DNA from: Candidatus Caldarchaeales archaeon
GTDB taxonomy: Archaea > Thermoproteota > Nitrososphaeria_A > Caldarchaeales > Calditenuaceae
Direction of reading: 5' to 3'
DNA length: 27,439 nucleotides
Assembly (NCBI GenBank): GCA_039630085.1
Contig: JBCNVM010000013.1
Coordinates: 1 to 27,439 of the forward strand
The notes under the pieces are model-generated. The model was given only the letters and a program-made list of their open reading frames with translations. It was not told where the DNA came from and searched no databases. Position numbers and translations under genes: made by a program. Numbering within the stretch: the first letter of the stretch is position 1; every line of letters begins with the position of its first letter. Positions 1 through 8,205 of the stretch are shown here, one piece after another.

Positions 1-1
1 A

Positions 2-301
2 GCAGTCGATGGCAGGACGATCGTGATCTACGTCAGGAATCCGGGCGTCGCGGTCTCATCGGTCGCGGCGATCGAGCTGATGGGTAGGATGCATTACAGG
101 CTGCCCCGAGCGATTGAGGTAGGGGTTGGGGCCTCGATGACCTGCAGGGTCAGGCTCAACGGTGACCTTCCGGCCGGCGCCACCGTCGAGCTGGTGCTGA
201 TCACGAACACGGGCAAGAGGTTCCCGACGGCTTTCATGGCCAATTACGGCTCGGTTCATGGGCCGTTCGCGAGCGGCATCGATGAGGTGAGCTGTTTCTA
301 A
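2..301 (+). CDS. Pilin-like surface protein, 5'-truncated by the window edge; paralog of the downstream pilin
   Basis: Frame is open from the window start. Aligns by eye with the 471-935 pilin globular domain: VRNPG/LRNTG, a conserved Cys, GATVEL/GVTVEL, GKRFPTA/GKSYPTA, terminal VSC. Confidence 0.7.
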   Translation, partial: AVDGRTIVIYVRNPGVAVSSVAAIELMGRMHYRLPRAIEVGVGASMTCRVRLNGDLPAGATVELVLITNTGKRFPTAFMANYGSVHGPFASGIDEVSCF

Positions 302-428
302 TCTGTTAATCAGTCTATCCCGTTTGCTGGCGATCGGGAAAACAACCTTTAATATTAGTTGCGAGCAGGTTCGAGCTCAGAAGTTAATCAGTTAGTCTTC
401 AGATCGGTTCGGCGCGATTGTGTGTTAC

Positions 429-436
429 TTTTAAAC
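429..436 (+). promoter_or_regulatory. Archaeal TATA box candidate for the pilin gene
   Basis: TTTTAAAC in an AT-rich intergenic region about 35 nt upstream of ATG 471. Confidence 0.5.
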
Positions 437-470
437 GCTTAACTTTTGGATGCATCGAGGAATACGCGAG

Positions 471-935
471 ATGAAGGCGCGAGGAAAGAAGGCGATAAGC
501 CCGGTAGTTGCGACGGTGATCCTGGTTGCCGTAGCGATCGTGATCGCGATCGCGGTGGCGTTCTGGGCGTCGGGTCTGGTCGGCGTCTTCACGAGGTTCG
601 AGAAGCTGGAGGTAGTTTCGGCGGTGATGCTCGACCTGGACACCTTCAGGGTGAGGCTGAGGAACACCGGGTCTGCGGACACCTCGATAATTCAGGTCGT
701 CGTTCAGGGTAGGGCAGTAGGGAATCCGACTTCCCCATTTGCGGTGCCCATCGGTCAAACAGTAGAGTGTGACGTGACCGTAACTCCGTCGCCGCCTCCA
801 GGAGTCACAGTCGAGCTTGCGTTTCACAGCGCTGGCGGAAAGTCCTACCCGACCGCGGTGCTCGCCACTCTAGGCCAAGGAGGCGCTCCGTGGAACCCGC
901 AAGTCCAATCCGTAAGCTGCAGTAACGTGACATAA
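471..935 (+). CDS. Archaeal type IV pilin (class III signal peptide)
   Basis: MKARGKKA|ISPVVATVILVAVAIVIAIAVAFW is a classic PibD/FlaK cleavage site followed by a hydrophobic helix. ATG 471 preferred over 450. Confidence 0.9.
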   Translation: MKARGKKAISPVVATVILVAVAIVIAIAVAFWASGLVGVFTRFEKLEVVSAVMLDLDTFRVRLRNTGSADTSIIQVVVQGRAVGNPTSPFAVPIGQTVECDVTVTPSPPPGVTVELAFHSAGGKSYPTAVLATLGQGGAPWNPQVQSVSCSNVT

Positions 936-943
936 CTCCGCCA

Positions 944-961
944 TTTGTTTTCTATCTTTTT
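944..961 (+). terminator. Oligo-T archaeal terminator after the pilin
   Basis: TTTGTTTTTCTATCTTTTT-type T-rich tract just after the stop codon. Confidence 0.5.
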
Positions 962-1018
962 CAACTCCTCTGAGGACAACTAGATTGGAATATCGCGTGA
1001 ACGTCTGCCCGCCGGATG

Positions 1019-1039
1019 TGTCGGGGGTGGGATTCGAAC
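1019..1039 (-). repeat. Degenerate copy of a tRNA 3' end (att-like direct repeat of 2619-2639)
   Basis: tgtcgggggtgggattcgaac vs tgccgggggagggattcgaac: 19/21 identical, same orientation, 1600 bp apart. Confidence 0.65.
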
Positions 1040-1434
1040 TGCCGTCTCCCGGGCGAGCTGAAGCGTGTTTAAATCATACCCAGTGTGCAGCAGTTACTTC
1101 TGAGGTGTCATCGAAACGACACCTCAAGGCTGCCCGAATGTCCAAGGGCTGCCTGCCCGTTACCCTCATGGGACGTGCGCTGAGGGAGGTGAGGTCCATT
1201 CCGACGGAAGCGGCCCTGAGGGCACGGCCGGCTTCTGCGAGAGGAGGCTGGATGGGCCTTCCCTCGGTCCAAAGGGAGCTGCCCGGGGCGGACGAAGAGT
1301 CCGTCCGGTCGATGGGGCCGGCGGCTGGAGACGGAGGCTCTCCGGCTGCCGGTGATGGAGATGTAACTCCGATGACGACCCCTCTCAGGGGGTGGGCACC
1401 GGAGCGCGATGCTTTCCGTGTGGAGGTGGTCGAT

Positions 1435-2496
1435 GTGTCTCCTAGCCCGGGAGGCGATACTGCCGGAGGGGGGAGAAAGAAGAGACGCAAGACGCCCAAG
1501 GACCTGATGATACCGATCTACGACGACGTTCGGAGAATGCGCGAAAAGGGCACGGGGTATCGCCAGATCATCAGGGAGGTCGAAAGGAAGTACGGGGTGA
1601 GGCTGAGCACCAGCGTGATCTCTTACTGGGTTCGCGGGATACATACACCTCATGGCACCGGTACCGGGAGGCCGCCTCCGAGGGGTCGAAGGAGGTTCAG
1701 GTCGATCGAAGAGCTGACACCATCCCCTGACCTCGCCTGCGTGATAGGCGCGGTCTTTGGGGACGGAACTGTGTCCATATATCGCACTGAACCACGCGGT
1801 CGGACAGGCCTGATCAGACTGAGAGTGAAAGACTGTGACTTCGCCGTTGCTTTCGCACAGGCGCTGGGGAGGGTCCTAAACAGGGATCCCCCTCCGATTC
1901 GAGAAGAGACTATACGCGGAAGGAAGTCACACGTGGTCGAAGTCAAGGACATCACTCTTTGTGAACTGCTGATAGACAGAGACATCGAAAGTATACGGAG
2001 GTTCGTCGAACACGACGATGCCTGTCGGGCCGCGTTCCTTCGAGGGTTCTACGACTCAGAGGGGTCGGTCGGTCCACGTAATGTAAACGTGTACAATACG
2101 GGCCTCAGGATTCTGGGGTTCGTGAGAGAGCAGTTGATGGCTCTGGGGATTGACTGCACAAAACCGCGGTTGAACAGGCGGGCCGGCACACCGGTGGGAG
2201 TCGGGAACGGTGAATACTTTGCGAACACGGACCTCTACACTGTCATTATTCGTGGTTCCAACCTGCAGCTGTTTCTGAAGAAGGTGGGATTTAGCATCGA
2301 GAGGAAAAAGCAGCGGCTGGTGGAGATAGTGAGGAAGAGGATGCTGTGGCTGATGAGACTTGCCGGCAGAGATGGCAGGACGAGAAGGAAATTGAGGAGT
2401 ATACTACAGATGCTGCCGAAATACCCTTTGAGAACGCTGGCGGACAAGCCGTCTCGATCCACTCCGAGGACAGCGAAATTCGCAACTCAGCGCTGA
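1435..2496 (+). CDS. Free-standing LAGLIDADG homing-endonuclease-family protein with N-terminal HTH
   Basis: Two motifs (LACVIGAVFGDG, AFLRGFYDSEG) and an HTH-like segment GYRQIIREVERKYGVRLSTSVISYWVRG. Start placed at in-frame GTG 1435 after an SD GGAGGTG (1422-1428); the frame is open from 985. Confidence 0.85.
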   Translation: MSPSPGGDTAGGGRKKRRKTPKDLMIPIYDDVRRMREKGTGYRQIIREVERKYGVRLSTSVISYWVRGIHTPHGTGTGRPPPRGRRRFRSIEELTPSPDLACVIGAVFGDGTVSIYRTEPRGRTGLIRLRVKDCDFAVAFAQALGRVLNRDPPPIREETIRGRKSHVVEVKDITLCELLIDRDIESIRRFVEHDDACRAAFLRGFYDSEGSVGPRNVNVYNTGLRILGFVREQLMALGIDCTKPRLNRRAGTPVGVGNGEYFANTDLYTVIIRGSNLQLFLKKVGFSIERKKQRLVEIVRKRMLWLMRLAGRDGRTRRKLRSILQMLPKYPLRTLADKPSRSTPRTAKFATQR

Positions 2497-2618
2497 GAAC
2501 TCCTGAAGACACTGACAAGAACATGATGGAATGCTTCCCCCCTCTATCTTTTTCTCCTTTTCTAATACTCGTCACCATTAATATTACGTGATCGGAAATT
2601 GATCATATTATATTAAAA

Positions 2619-2732
2619 TGCCGGGGGAGGGATTCGAACCCTCGACTACTCGCGGGCCATCCCCTCACTCCGGGGATTATGAGCGCGGCCCTCTGTCCGG
2701 CCTACGCCTCTAGCCAGCTGAGGTACCCCGGC
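2619..2732 (-). tRNA. tRNA-Met: tRNA-Met(CAT), elongator type, with two BHB introns (2695-2711 in the D-loop; 2655-2676 at 38/39)
   Basis: Acceptor GCCGGGG/CCCCGGC-A, D-stem CCTC/GAGG, anticodon CAT at 2679-2681, T-arm GAGGG-TTCGAAT-CCCTC. Both inserts fit bulge-helix-bulge geometry. TTAAAT lies about 25 nt upstream. Confidence 0.9.
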
Positions 2733-2780
2733 CCGAAGAACCCACTCGTCCCCCCAATTTAACCCTCATGGGCCCTCGGC

Positions 2781-3278
2781 TCAGTTCCGCACCAGAAAGG
2801 TCGCAGCGAGCACCAGCTCGTCGCCGAAGTCCCGCAACATCACCGTCTTGACGAGGCGGTAGCACCCGGGCTCGACGTCCTCCGGCAGGTCGACGGTCAG
2901 GGTCATCGACTCCCCCGGACCCAGCGAGTAGAGAATCATGATCCAGGAGCGGTCCTTCATCCACTCGACCGAAGTCCACCTGCCTCCCTGAAACCTCTGG
3001 ACGTCGTAGGGCGCTCCGAAGTAGATCGGGCCGTCCCTGCCGTTGCGAACCGTGTACTCGATCGACCTGACGCCCCTCCTCACCGACGCAGGGTTCAGCG
3101 TCAGCCTCACGCCCTTCTCCTCGTCGACGCCCAAGTCGTCGGAGCAGGGCCCGAGCTCAGCCCCTCCCCTCCCGAGGCTCAAACCGACCCACGCGCCGAC
3201 CAGCGCGACCGCGAGGGCTCCCATTAGAGCGGCCCAGCCGAGCCTCCTCACGAGCTTACGTCGGCCCGCCGTATACAT
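2781..3278 (-). CDS. Membrane-anchored/secreted protein with an Ig-like domain
   Basis: Basic N-terminus plus one hydrophobic helix, then a beta-rich domain (TVRNGRDGPIYFGAPYDVQRFQGGRW...LGPGES...GCYRLVK). ATG 3278 preferred over 3323. Confidence 0.65.
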   Translation of the reverse strand: MYTAGRRKLVRRLGWAALMGALAVALVGAWVGLSLGRGGAELGPCSDDLGVDEEKGVRLTLNPASVRRGVRSIEYTVRNGRDGPIYFGAPYDVQRFQGGRWTSVEWMKDRSWIMILYSLGPGESMTLTVDLPEDVEPGCYRLVKTVMLRDFGDELVLAATFLVRN

Positions 3279-3396
3279 CTCGCTTTGCCCTACTCGTCGG
3301 GCAGAGGACCGACTCGGGCGCACCCGGTTCGGAGTTCCCGCCTCACTTGCACATCCTCGACTTCGCGCTCTTGATCACCGACCGATTGACGGTTCT

Positions 3397-4758
3397 TTAC
3401 CCCTGCACGGTGCCCTGCGAATCTCGAGTCTTTCTGTGAATTAGCTCGGCCATCACCAATGCCACCCCGAGCATCAATGTAGTCGTAACCGTAGCTATCA
3501 GACCCTCTATTATCCAGCTTCCCTTCGAGGCGTTGTAGATGAGAAGGAAGATGAAGTCCCAGTAAGGTAGGCCGAGGTTCATCACTACCGCAAAGGGCGA
3601 GAGCAGGGCGAGGAGGAGCGGCGGATAAGTTATCGCTCTGGAGCGGACCCGGTCCCCGTCGGACGACACGGTCAACACGACCACGACTGAGAGGAGAGCT
3701 ACGACCGGGTAGAAATAATAGGGGTAAAACTGGCGTACTAGGACGCCTTGGGTAAAGACGCCGCCCCAGCTAGAGGTCCAGTAGTTCCTCGGCAGCAGGA
3801 AGATCGTTAGCATCATGGCGGAGGCGGGTATCGCGGCGTAACCGAGGCCATGCAGCCTCCTCGTAAGCGTCACGTAAATCGTTGAGATCAGCAATGTGAG
3901 GGGTGTTAGTGCAGGGAGCGTGCTCCACGAGACTTGCCCCATACCTAAGTACGTAAGGACGTACCAAGGCAGGGACTGAGGGAGGTCGACGGTGAAGGGG
4001 CCAAGGAGAGGTGCGAGCGGAAGGTTGTTACGATGGAGATGCCCTCGAACTATCTCTTCTATGTTTCCCGGTCTCCATATTCCTGGACTGAGAGCTAATG
4101 AGGCGAGCGGAACGAGTAAGTAAACTAATGCTCTGTTAGCAGTGAGTTTCTTGGTGTGGAGCAAGAGAAGAGCGAATATTACAGTAAAGATGACGAACGA
4201 TAACTTGGTCAAGACCGCGAGGGAGGCAAAGAAGATAGCGAGGCTCATGGACCTTCTGTTGCTCGAACCGATAATGCAGGCGGCTGATAGCGCTGTGAAG
4301 AGCGTGCCGATGGAGTCGAGGTAGGCGACTGAATACTGGATGAGGAACGGGTCGAATGCGATCAAGATTGGAGCTAAAAGCGAGAATCTGCTCGCTGATT
4401 TCTTGGCTATTATGTAGACAGGGAATGCCGTTAACACTGATGCGGTTATCGGTGCGATGAGTCCCGCCTGGGAGGAACCCATGAACGGTCCTAAAGCGTA
4501 TGCTGAGAGTCCTGTGAGAATCATTCCGAGGGGCGGAACTCCTGGGTTAATGTCAGTAAGGGCCGTGAAATTCATCGATGTAATTGCATGGATGTAGGAG
4601 AGCCCGAAAGTAGTGTAAACGTCAGGATCATAAAGGGCTAAAGCCTGTCCCCTATACATTGGATAAATCCAAACGGCGTAGCGTACGGCGAATCCAGTAA
4701 CTACTATCAGCGCAAGGATGATCAGGGTCCCATCGACGTGTTTGTTACGTCTCAACAC
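3397..4758 (-). CDS. Polytopic GT-C/PMT(ArnT)-like glycosyltransferase
   Basis: Many predicted TM helices. YDPD after TM1, PPLG, FDPFLIQYS..YLD and LAVLTK motifs are typical of lipid-linked sugar transferases. Confidence 0.7.
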   Translation of the reverse strand: MLRRNKHVDGTLIILALIVVTGFAVRYAVWIYPMYRGQALALYDPDVYTTFGLSYIHAITSMNFTALTDINPGVPPLGMILTGLSAYALGPFMGSSQAGLIAPITASVLTAFPVYIIAKKSASRFSLLAPILIAFDPFLIQYSVAYLDSIGTLFTALSAACIIGSSNRRSMSLAIFFASLAVLTKLSFVIFTVIFALLLLHTKKLTANRALVYLLVPLASLALSPGIWRPGNIEEIVRGHLHRNNLPLAPLLGPFTVDLPQSLPWYVLTYLGMGQVSWSTLPALTPLTLLISTIYVTLTRRLHGLGYAAIPASAMMLTIFLLPRNYWTSSWGGVFTQGVLVRQFYPYYFYPVVALLSVVVVLTVSSDGDRVRSRAITYPPLLLALLSPFAVVMNLGLPYWDFIFLLIYNASKGSWIIEGLIATVTTTLMLGVALVMAELIHRKTRDSQGTVQG

Positions 4759-4864
4759 CGAGCTTACTAGGTCCCGACTCTTCGACGCATATTAATCTCT
4801 GCAGTACGGTGACGTGACGTAGACGGTTAAAGAGTTATATTAAATCAAGGGTAGGGTTGAGGGG

Positions 4865-5224
4865 TTGATAGCGAACCATTGGTACGTCGGGCTCGTAATA
4901 GCGGTCCTGGTGGGGCTGAACACGCTTTTCTGGGGGCTAACGCTCAAGGAGGTCGGCGCACCGGAGGTCTCCCTGAGGTTCCTCTTTACGCTCTTCTTCA
5001 ACAAGTGGTTCATACTTGCCATGCTTACGGGATTCACCGTCGCTGTACTCAGCTATTGGGTCTACGGCGACCTCGGCGTCATGTTGGGGAGGTTCTTCCT
5101 CTCGCTCTCGATACTATCGATGATGCTGGTCGGAACCCTAGTGCTGGGTGAGAGGCCGACGCTCGAGCAGTGGATAGGCGTGGCGTTTATAGTCGTAGGG
5201 GCCCTATTGCTCGGTCGGTTTTAA
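4865..5224 (+). CDS. Small 4-TM DMT/EamA-like transporter (ArnE/ArnF-like flippase candidate)
   Basis: 119 aa hydrophobic protein ending LVLGERPTLEQWIGVAFIVVGALLL, a DMT signature; lies between two glycosyltransferases. Confidence 0.75.
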   Translation: MIANHWYVGLVIAVLVGLNTLFWGLTLKEVGAPEVSLRFLFTLFFNKWFILAMLTGFTVAVLSYWVYGDLGVMLGRFFLSLSILSMMLVGTLVLGERPTLEQWIGVAFIVVGALLLGRF

Positions 5225-5468
5225 CTGACACCTCCCGTTATCCCATCTCGGTGCAGGCTCCCAGATGCGAGTCATTCTTAGATTTCTTATGATTTGTGGC
5301 CTCGGCTATTCTTGGGGTGCCCCAATGTCCGTGCAGATACGAAAGAGCCTTCATTACTGGATGCCCCTACTAGCGAAGCTGGATGATTGCGCCCTTAACG
5401 CCGTAGTCTGGGACTTTAACTATTTCATCTGTTACAGCGGACCGAAGCCCATATTTGTCACTGCCTAT

Positions 5469-5672
5469 TTAACTGAGCGGTAGGTGTGTCCTCTCGCCTA
5501 TCGCCGCGTTGACTGGAGTTATCGGTCTGCTCGCGGCGTTCTCCATAAACATCTTGTAGTGCTCTGGAGCTAGTTCTACTGCGATTGTCCTCTCTGCACC
5601 TCTGTCCGGAAAGCATAACACAGAGTCTCCTACGTAAGCGCCGACGTTCAACCCGGTCGTGCGCCTTACCAA
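5469..5672 (-). pseudogene. Decayed FkbM-family SAM methyltransferase fragment
   Basis: LNVGAYVGDSVLCF..RGAERTIAVE..PEHYKMFMEN matches the FkbM motif I/II region; the frame is short and followed by stops. Confidence 0.7.
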
Positions 5673-5709
5673 ATTAGGGACGACGTGTGAAGCCTTTTTC
5701 GTTTGACAC

Positions 5710-6609
5710 TCACGTCGGATACTGTACAGGCTTTTTCATCCCGTATGTGTGCCACTTAACGTATTGTGTCAACTTGTCGACCCTTCGCGAATCCCTGAAC
5801 GCTGACAGGCGTGCAGCTATTTCGATTATTATGGCAGGTATTAGCCATAGCAGTCGAGACGGTCTTTTGATTATCGCTAGCAGGGTTGCAGCCGCGAGTA
5901 CGTCGAGTTGTAAGCTGGGTGCAGTCGATTTTCCTAGCTGAAGATGGCCCATTATCATGCGCTTCCTTCTATTATAGAGGTGTTTTATCGACGACGACGC
6001 ATCGAAATAGACTACGCAATCTTCTGCGAAGTAGTTCTTCCCCCCGTCTCTGCTAACTAGTATGCCGACGAACTCGTCGTCATTGATCACACCAGCAACC
6101 GTCCTTATGTGCCTGAGTTTTGCACCGTACATCACGGCCCCAAGGTGAACCGTCCTGTTCAGACTCTGCTGAAGCGACTTGCCCTCAACCAGAACGCTCC
6201 ACATCAATTCATCGATCTTGTAGGCCAGCCCGGTTCCTAGAGGTATCTGGCGTGCTGAAACCCCTCCTACGGTCGGAAGCGAGAGATACGCGCAGAGCCT
6301 TCTGATACTTCCGTTTACCGGGATAGCGTCCGCACCTATCTCGATTATCGCGTCGTATTCGCCCTCCTTCGCGTAGGATACGGCTCTGCTCAGAGCGTAT
6401 GCTTTCCCGCCCCTGACCTCATTTCTGATGACAGCCGCACCTAAAGACCTAGCAATGTCTGAGGTCCGGTCCTCGCTTCCGTCGTCGACAACCAGCACAT
6501 CGAAGCCCTCCTTCAGTGCCTGTGAGACAGGAATGGCGATGCTCTTCTCCTCGTTATACGCGCAGATGACCACGAGAGTGCGTAGGGGGCGTCCTCCGCT
6601 CTGGTCCAA
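5710..6609 (-). CDS. Glycosyltransferase family 2
   Basis: VVICAYNEE, VVDDGSEDRT, GKAYAL, and INDD...RRKR motifs, with a C-terminal hydrophobic segment. Confidence 0.9.
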   Translation of the reverse strand: MDQSGGRPLRTLVVICAYNEEKSIAIPVSQALKEGFDVLVVDDGSEDRTSDIARSLGAAVIRNEVRGGKAYALSRAVSYAKEGEYDAIIEIGADAIPVNGSIRRLCAYLSLPTVGGVSARQIPLGTGLAYKIDELMWSVLVEGKSLQQSLNRTVHLGAVMYGAKLRHIRTVAGVINDDEFVGILVSRDGGKNYFAEDCVVYFDASSSIKHLYNRRKRMIMGHLQLGKSTAPSLQLDVLAAATLLAIIKRPSRLLWLIPAIIIEIAARLSAFRDSRRVDKLTQYVKWHTYGMKKPVQYPT

Positions 6610-6729
6610 GGATCACATTTCTATTGACCGGAAGTTTATAAGAGTTATCCATAACAGCGCTCGGTCGCGTGTCCTGTGGGAGAGCGTGACTGGCTCCGGC
6701 TGCCCGGCACCGAGGCGTCTAACCGCCGC

Positions 6730-6795
6730 CTATCTCCTCACGGATCCCAGCTCCCTCTCGGTATCCCTCCGCTTGACCGCCTTGTCGAAGAGGAA
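6730..6795 (-). pseudogene. 3' fragment of a small ATP-cone-domain protein gene
   Basis: Translates FLFDKAVKRRDTERELGSVRR*, resembling the C-terminus of small archaeal ATP-cone proteins; host-like GC inside a lower-GC region. Confidence 0.6.
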
Positions 6796-6971
6796 GGTAA
6801 GGTTTTGGTGTATCTATAGCTCTTTCAATAGGGTGGAAAGGGATAGACGAAAAATTAAAAATGAATACGAACGTGAGGGTGAACTGTAAATCAGGTAATG
6901 GGTGTAACGGGGAGTAAAAAGGGGGGACGTTACGTCTGAATATCGTCGGGAACGACCGGAGCTCGGTGAGT

Positions 6972-8162
6972 TTACCATCTCCAGATGGTCGACGATGTTG
7001 GCTTAACGCCAAACTTCTTCTCTACTTCTGCTGCTATCCGGTTGAACGGTAGACCTCTTTTACGTAACTCGACTGCGAATTCATAAATCTGTAATACTAG
7101 TGAAGGTTTTAGGTACCATGGTCGTTTCTCCAGTCGTATTTCGATTAGTTGATCGAGCATCTCTTGCTTTCGTTTTATGTTAAAGCCGATTAATTCTCTG
7201 AACTTCAGGATGTCATCGAACCTATCAATAGAAAATGCATAGCAGTCTTTAAGCGCGATGATCTTCCTCCCGTTCCACTCGTGCACATCGCCTACTCGAG
7301 ATGTGATGTAGATTCGCGAAGTCCTTATTCCGAACTCTTCTAGCAGCGCTTTTGCGTACTCCAAAAGTTCGCGGTTTGTGTTGTGGATTCGGACCTCACC
7401 ACTAACTGTACCTTCTGCGTCATACAGTCCTTGTAGAAACGCGATCTTGGTCTCGGTTGAGAGCTCGATAAATGGTCGGAGCTTGTTGAGATCTTTGTCT
7501 TTTAACAGCTCGAATAAAGCAACAGAGTTAACGGATACGTGATATATCGGTCGTCCGTGTTGGATATATTTTCTTATCGGTGGAGGAGATCTTACGAGAA
7601 CATGTCCGATACTAACGGCGAACCCCTGTACATAATCATGATCGGCAACCGCTAGCATAACCTTCTTCTCAACATAACCTCTTTTGGACCGCCACATCCT
7701 CACGTATCCGTCTCCTAAAACGCTGCTAACGACGTACGAGAGATCCTTGGAAGGTCTCAGATCTTCTACCTTTACCGGTCGTTTGGACTTTTTCTTGGTC
7801 TTCTTAACTGGCGGACGGGGGACTCCGCGTACCCAGTCGACAATAGTGTTGATGCTCAGTCGCTTACCGAACGACTTCTCGAGCTCATCAGCTATCAGGC
7901 GAAGGGAGTAACCCTCGCCCGTCAGTCTCCTTGCCTCCTCGCGAAGTTGAGGGTATTTAGGTCTGCATATTCGCTTCGAGGAGGGCGACGACATCCCTCG
8001 CTTTCGCGGAGGTAGCGAAATCGGCGCCATCTTCTCTCCGAGTGAGTTGTGTAACCCGCGCACCCATCTAGATATCGTGCTAGTAGGAGGCTTCTTTCCG
8101 AACCTCGAGTGAATTTCTTCTTGGATTTTCGCGTAACTTAGCCCCAGTTGCGCGAGCCGCAA
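6972..8162 (-). CDS. Free-standing LAGLIDADG endonuclease-family protein with three HTH-like repeats
   Basis: Motifs LSYVVSSVLGDG and AFLQGLYDAEG. The repeat unit GxS(Y/L/F)xxIxxE(I/L/V)xxxFGxKxxxxTIxxW occurs twice at the N-terminus and once at the C-terminus. Confidence 0.85.
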   Translation of the reverse strand: MRLAQLGLSYAKIQEEIHSRFGKKPPTSTISRWVRGLHNSLGEKMAPISLPPRKRGMSSPSSKRICRPKYPQLREEARRLTGEGYSLRLIADELEKSFGKRLSINTIVDWVRGVPRPPVKKTKKKSKRPVKVEDLRPSKDLSYVVSSVLGDGYVRMWRSKRGYVEKKVMLAVADHDYVQGFAVSIGHVLVRSPPPIRKYIQHGRPIYHVSVNSVALFELLKDKDLNKLRPFIELSTETKIAFLQGLYDAEGTVSGEVRIHNTNRELLEYAKALLEEFGIRTSRIYITSRVGDVHEWNGRKIIALKDCYAFSIDRFDDILKFRELIGFNIKRKQEMLDQLIEIRLEKRPWYLKPSLVLQIYEFAVELRKRGLPFNRIAAEVEKKFGVKPTSSTIWRW

Positions 8163-8205
8163 CCCCCTGCCCGGAAGAGAGCAGGAGGGTCCCCCCTCTC
8201 GGGGG

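Noticed and set aside
1005-1100. Second complete tRNA or split-tRNA half
   Set aside because: Only the T-loop and 3' acceptor strand are present; no anticodon or D arm and no complementary leader was seen.
985-1434. 150-aa N-terminal extension of the LAGLIDADG ORF
   Set aside because: Low-complexity, runs through the antisense tRNA-end repeat, and a good SD plus GTG exists at 1422-1437; probably non-coding read-through.
6796-8205. Intein or self-splicing/BHB intron in the ATP-cone gene
   Set aside because: No continuous frame or intein C/S...HN ends, no recognisable group I core or BHB joining the ends, and excision would not restore the missing middle of the gene.
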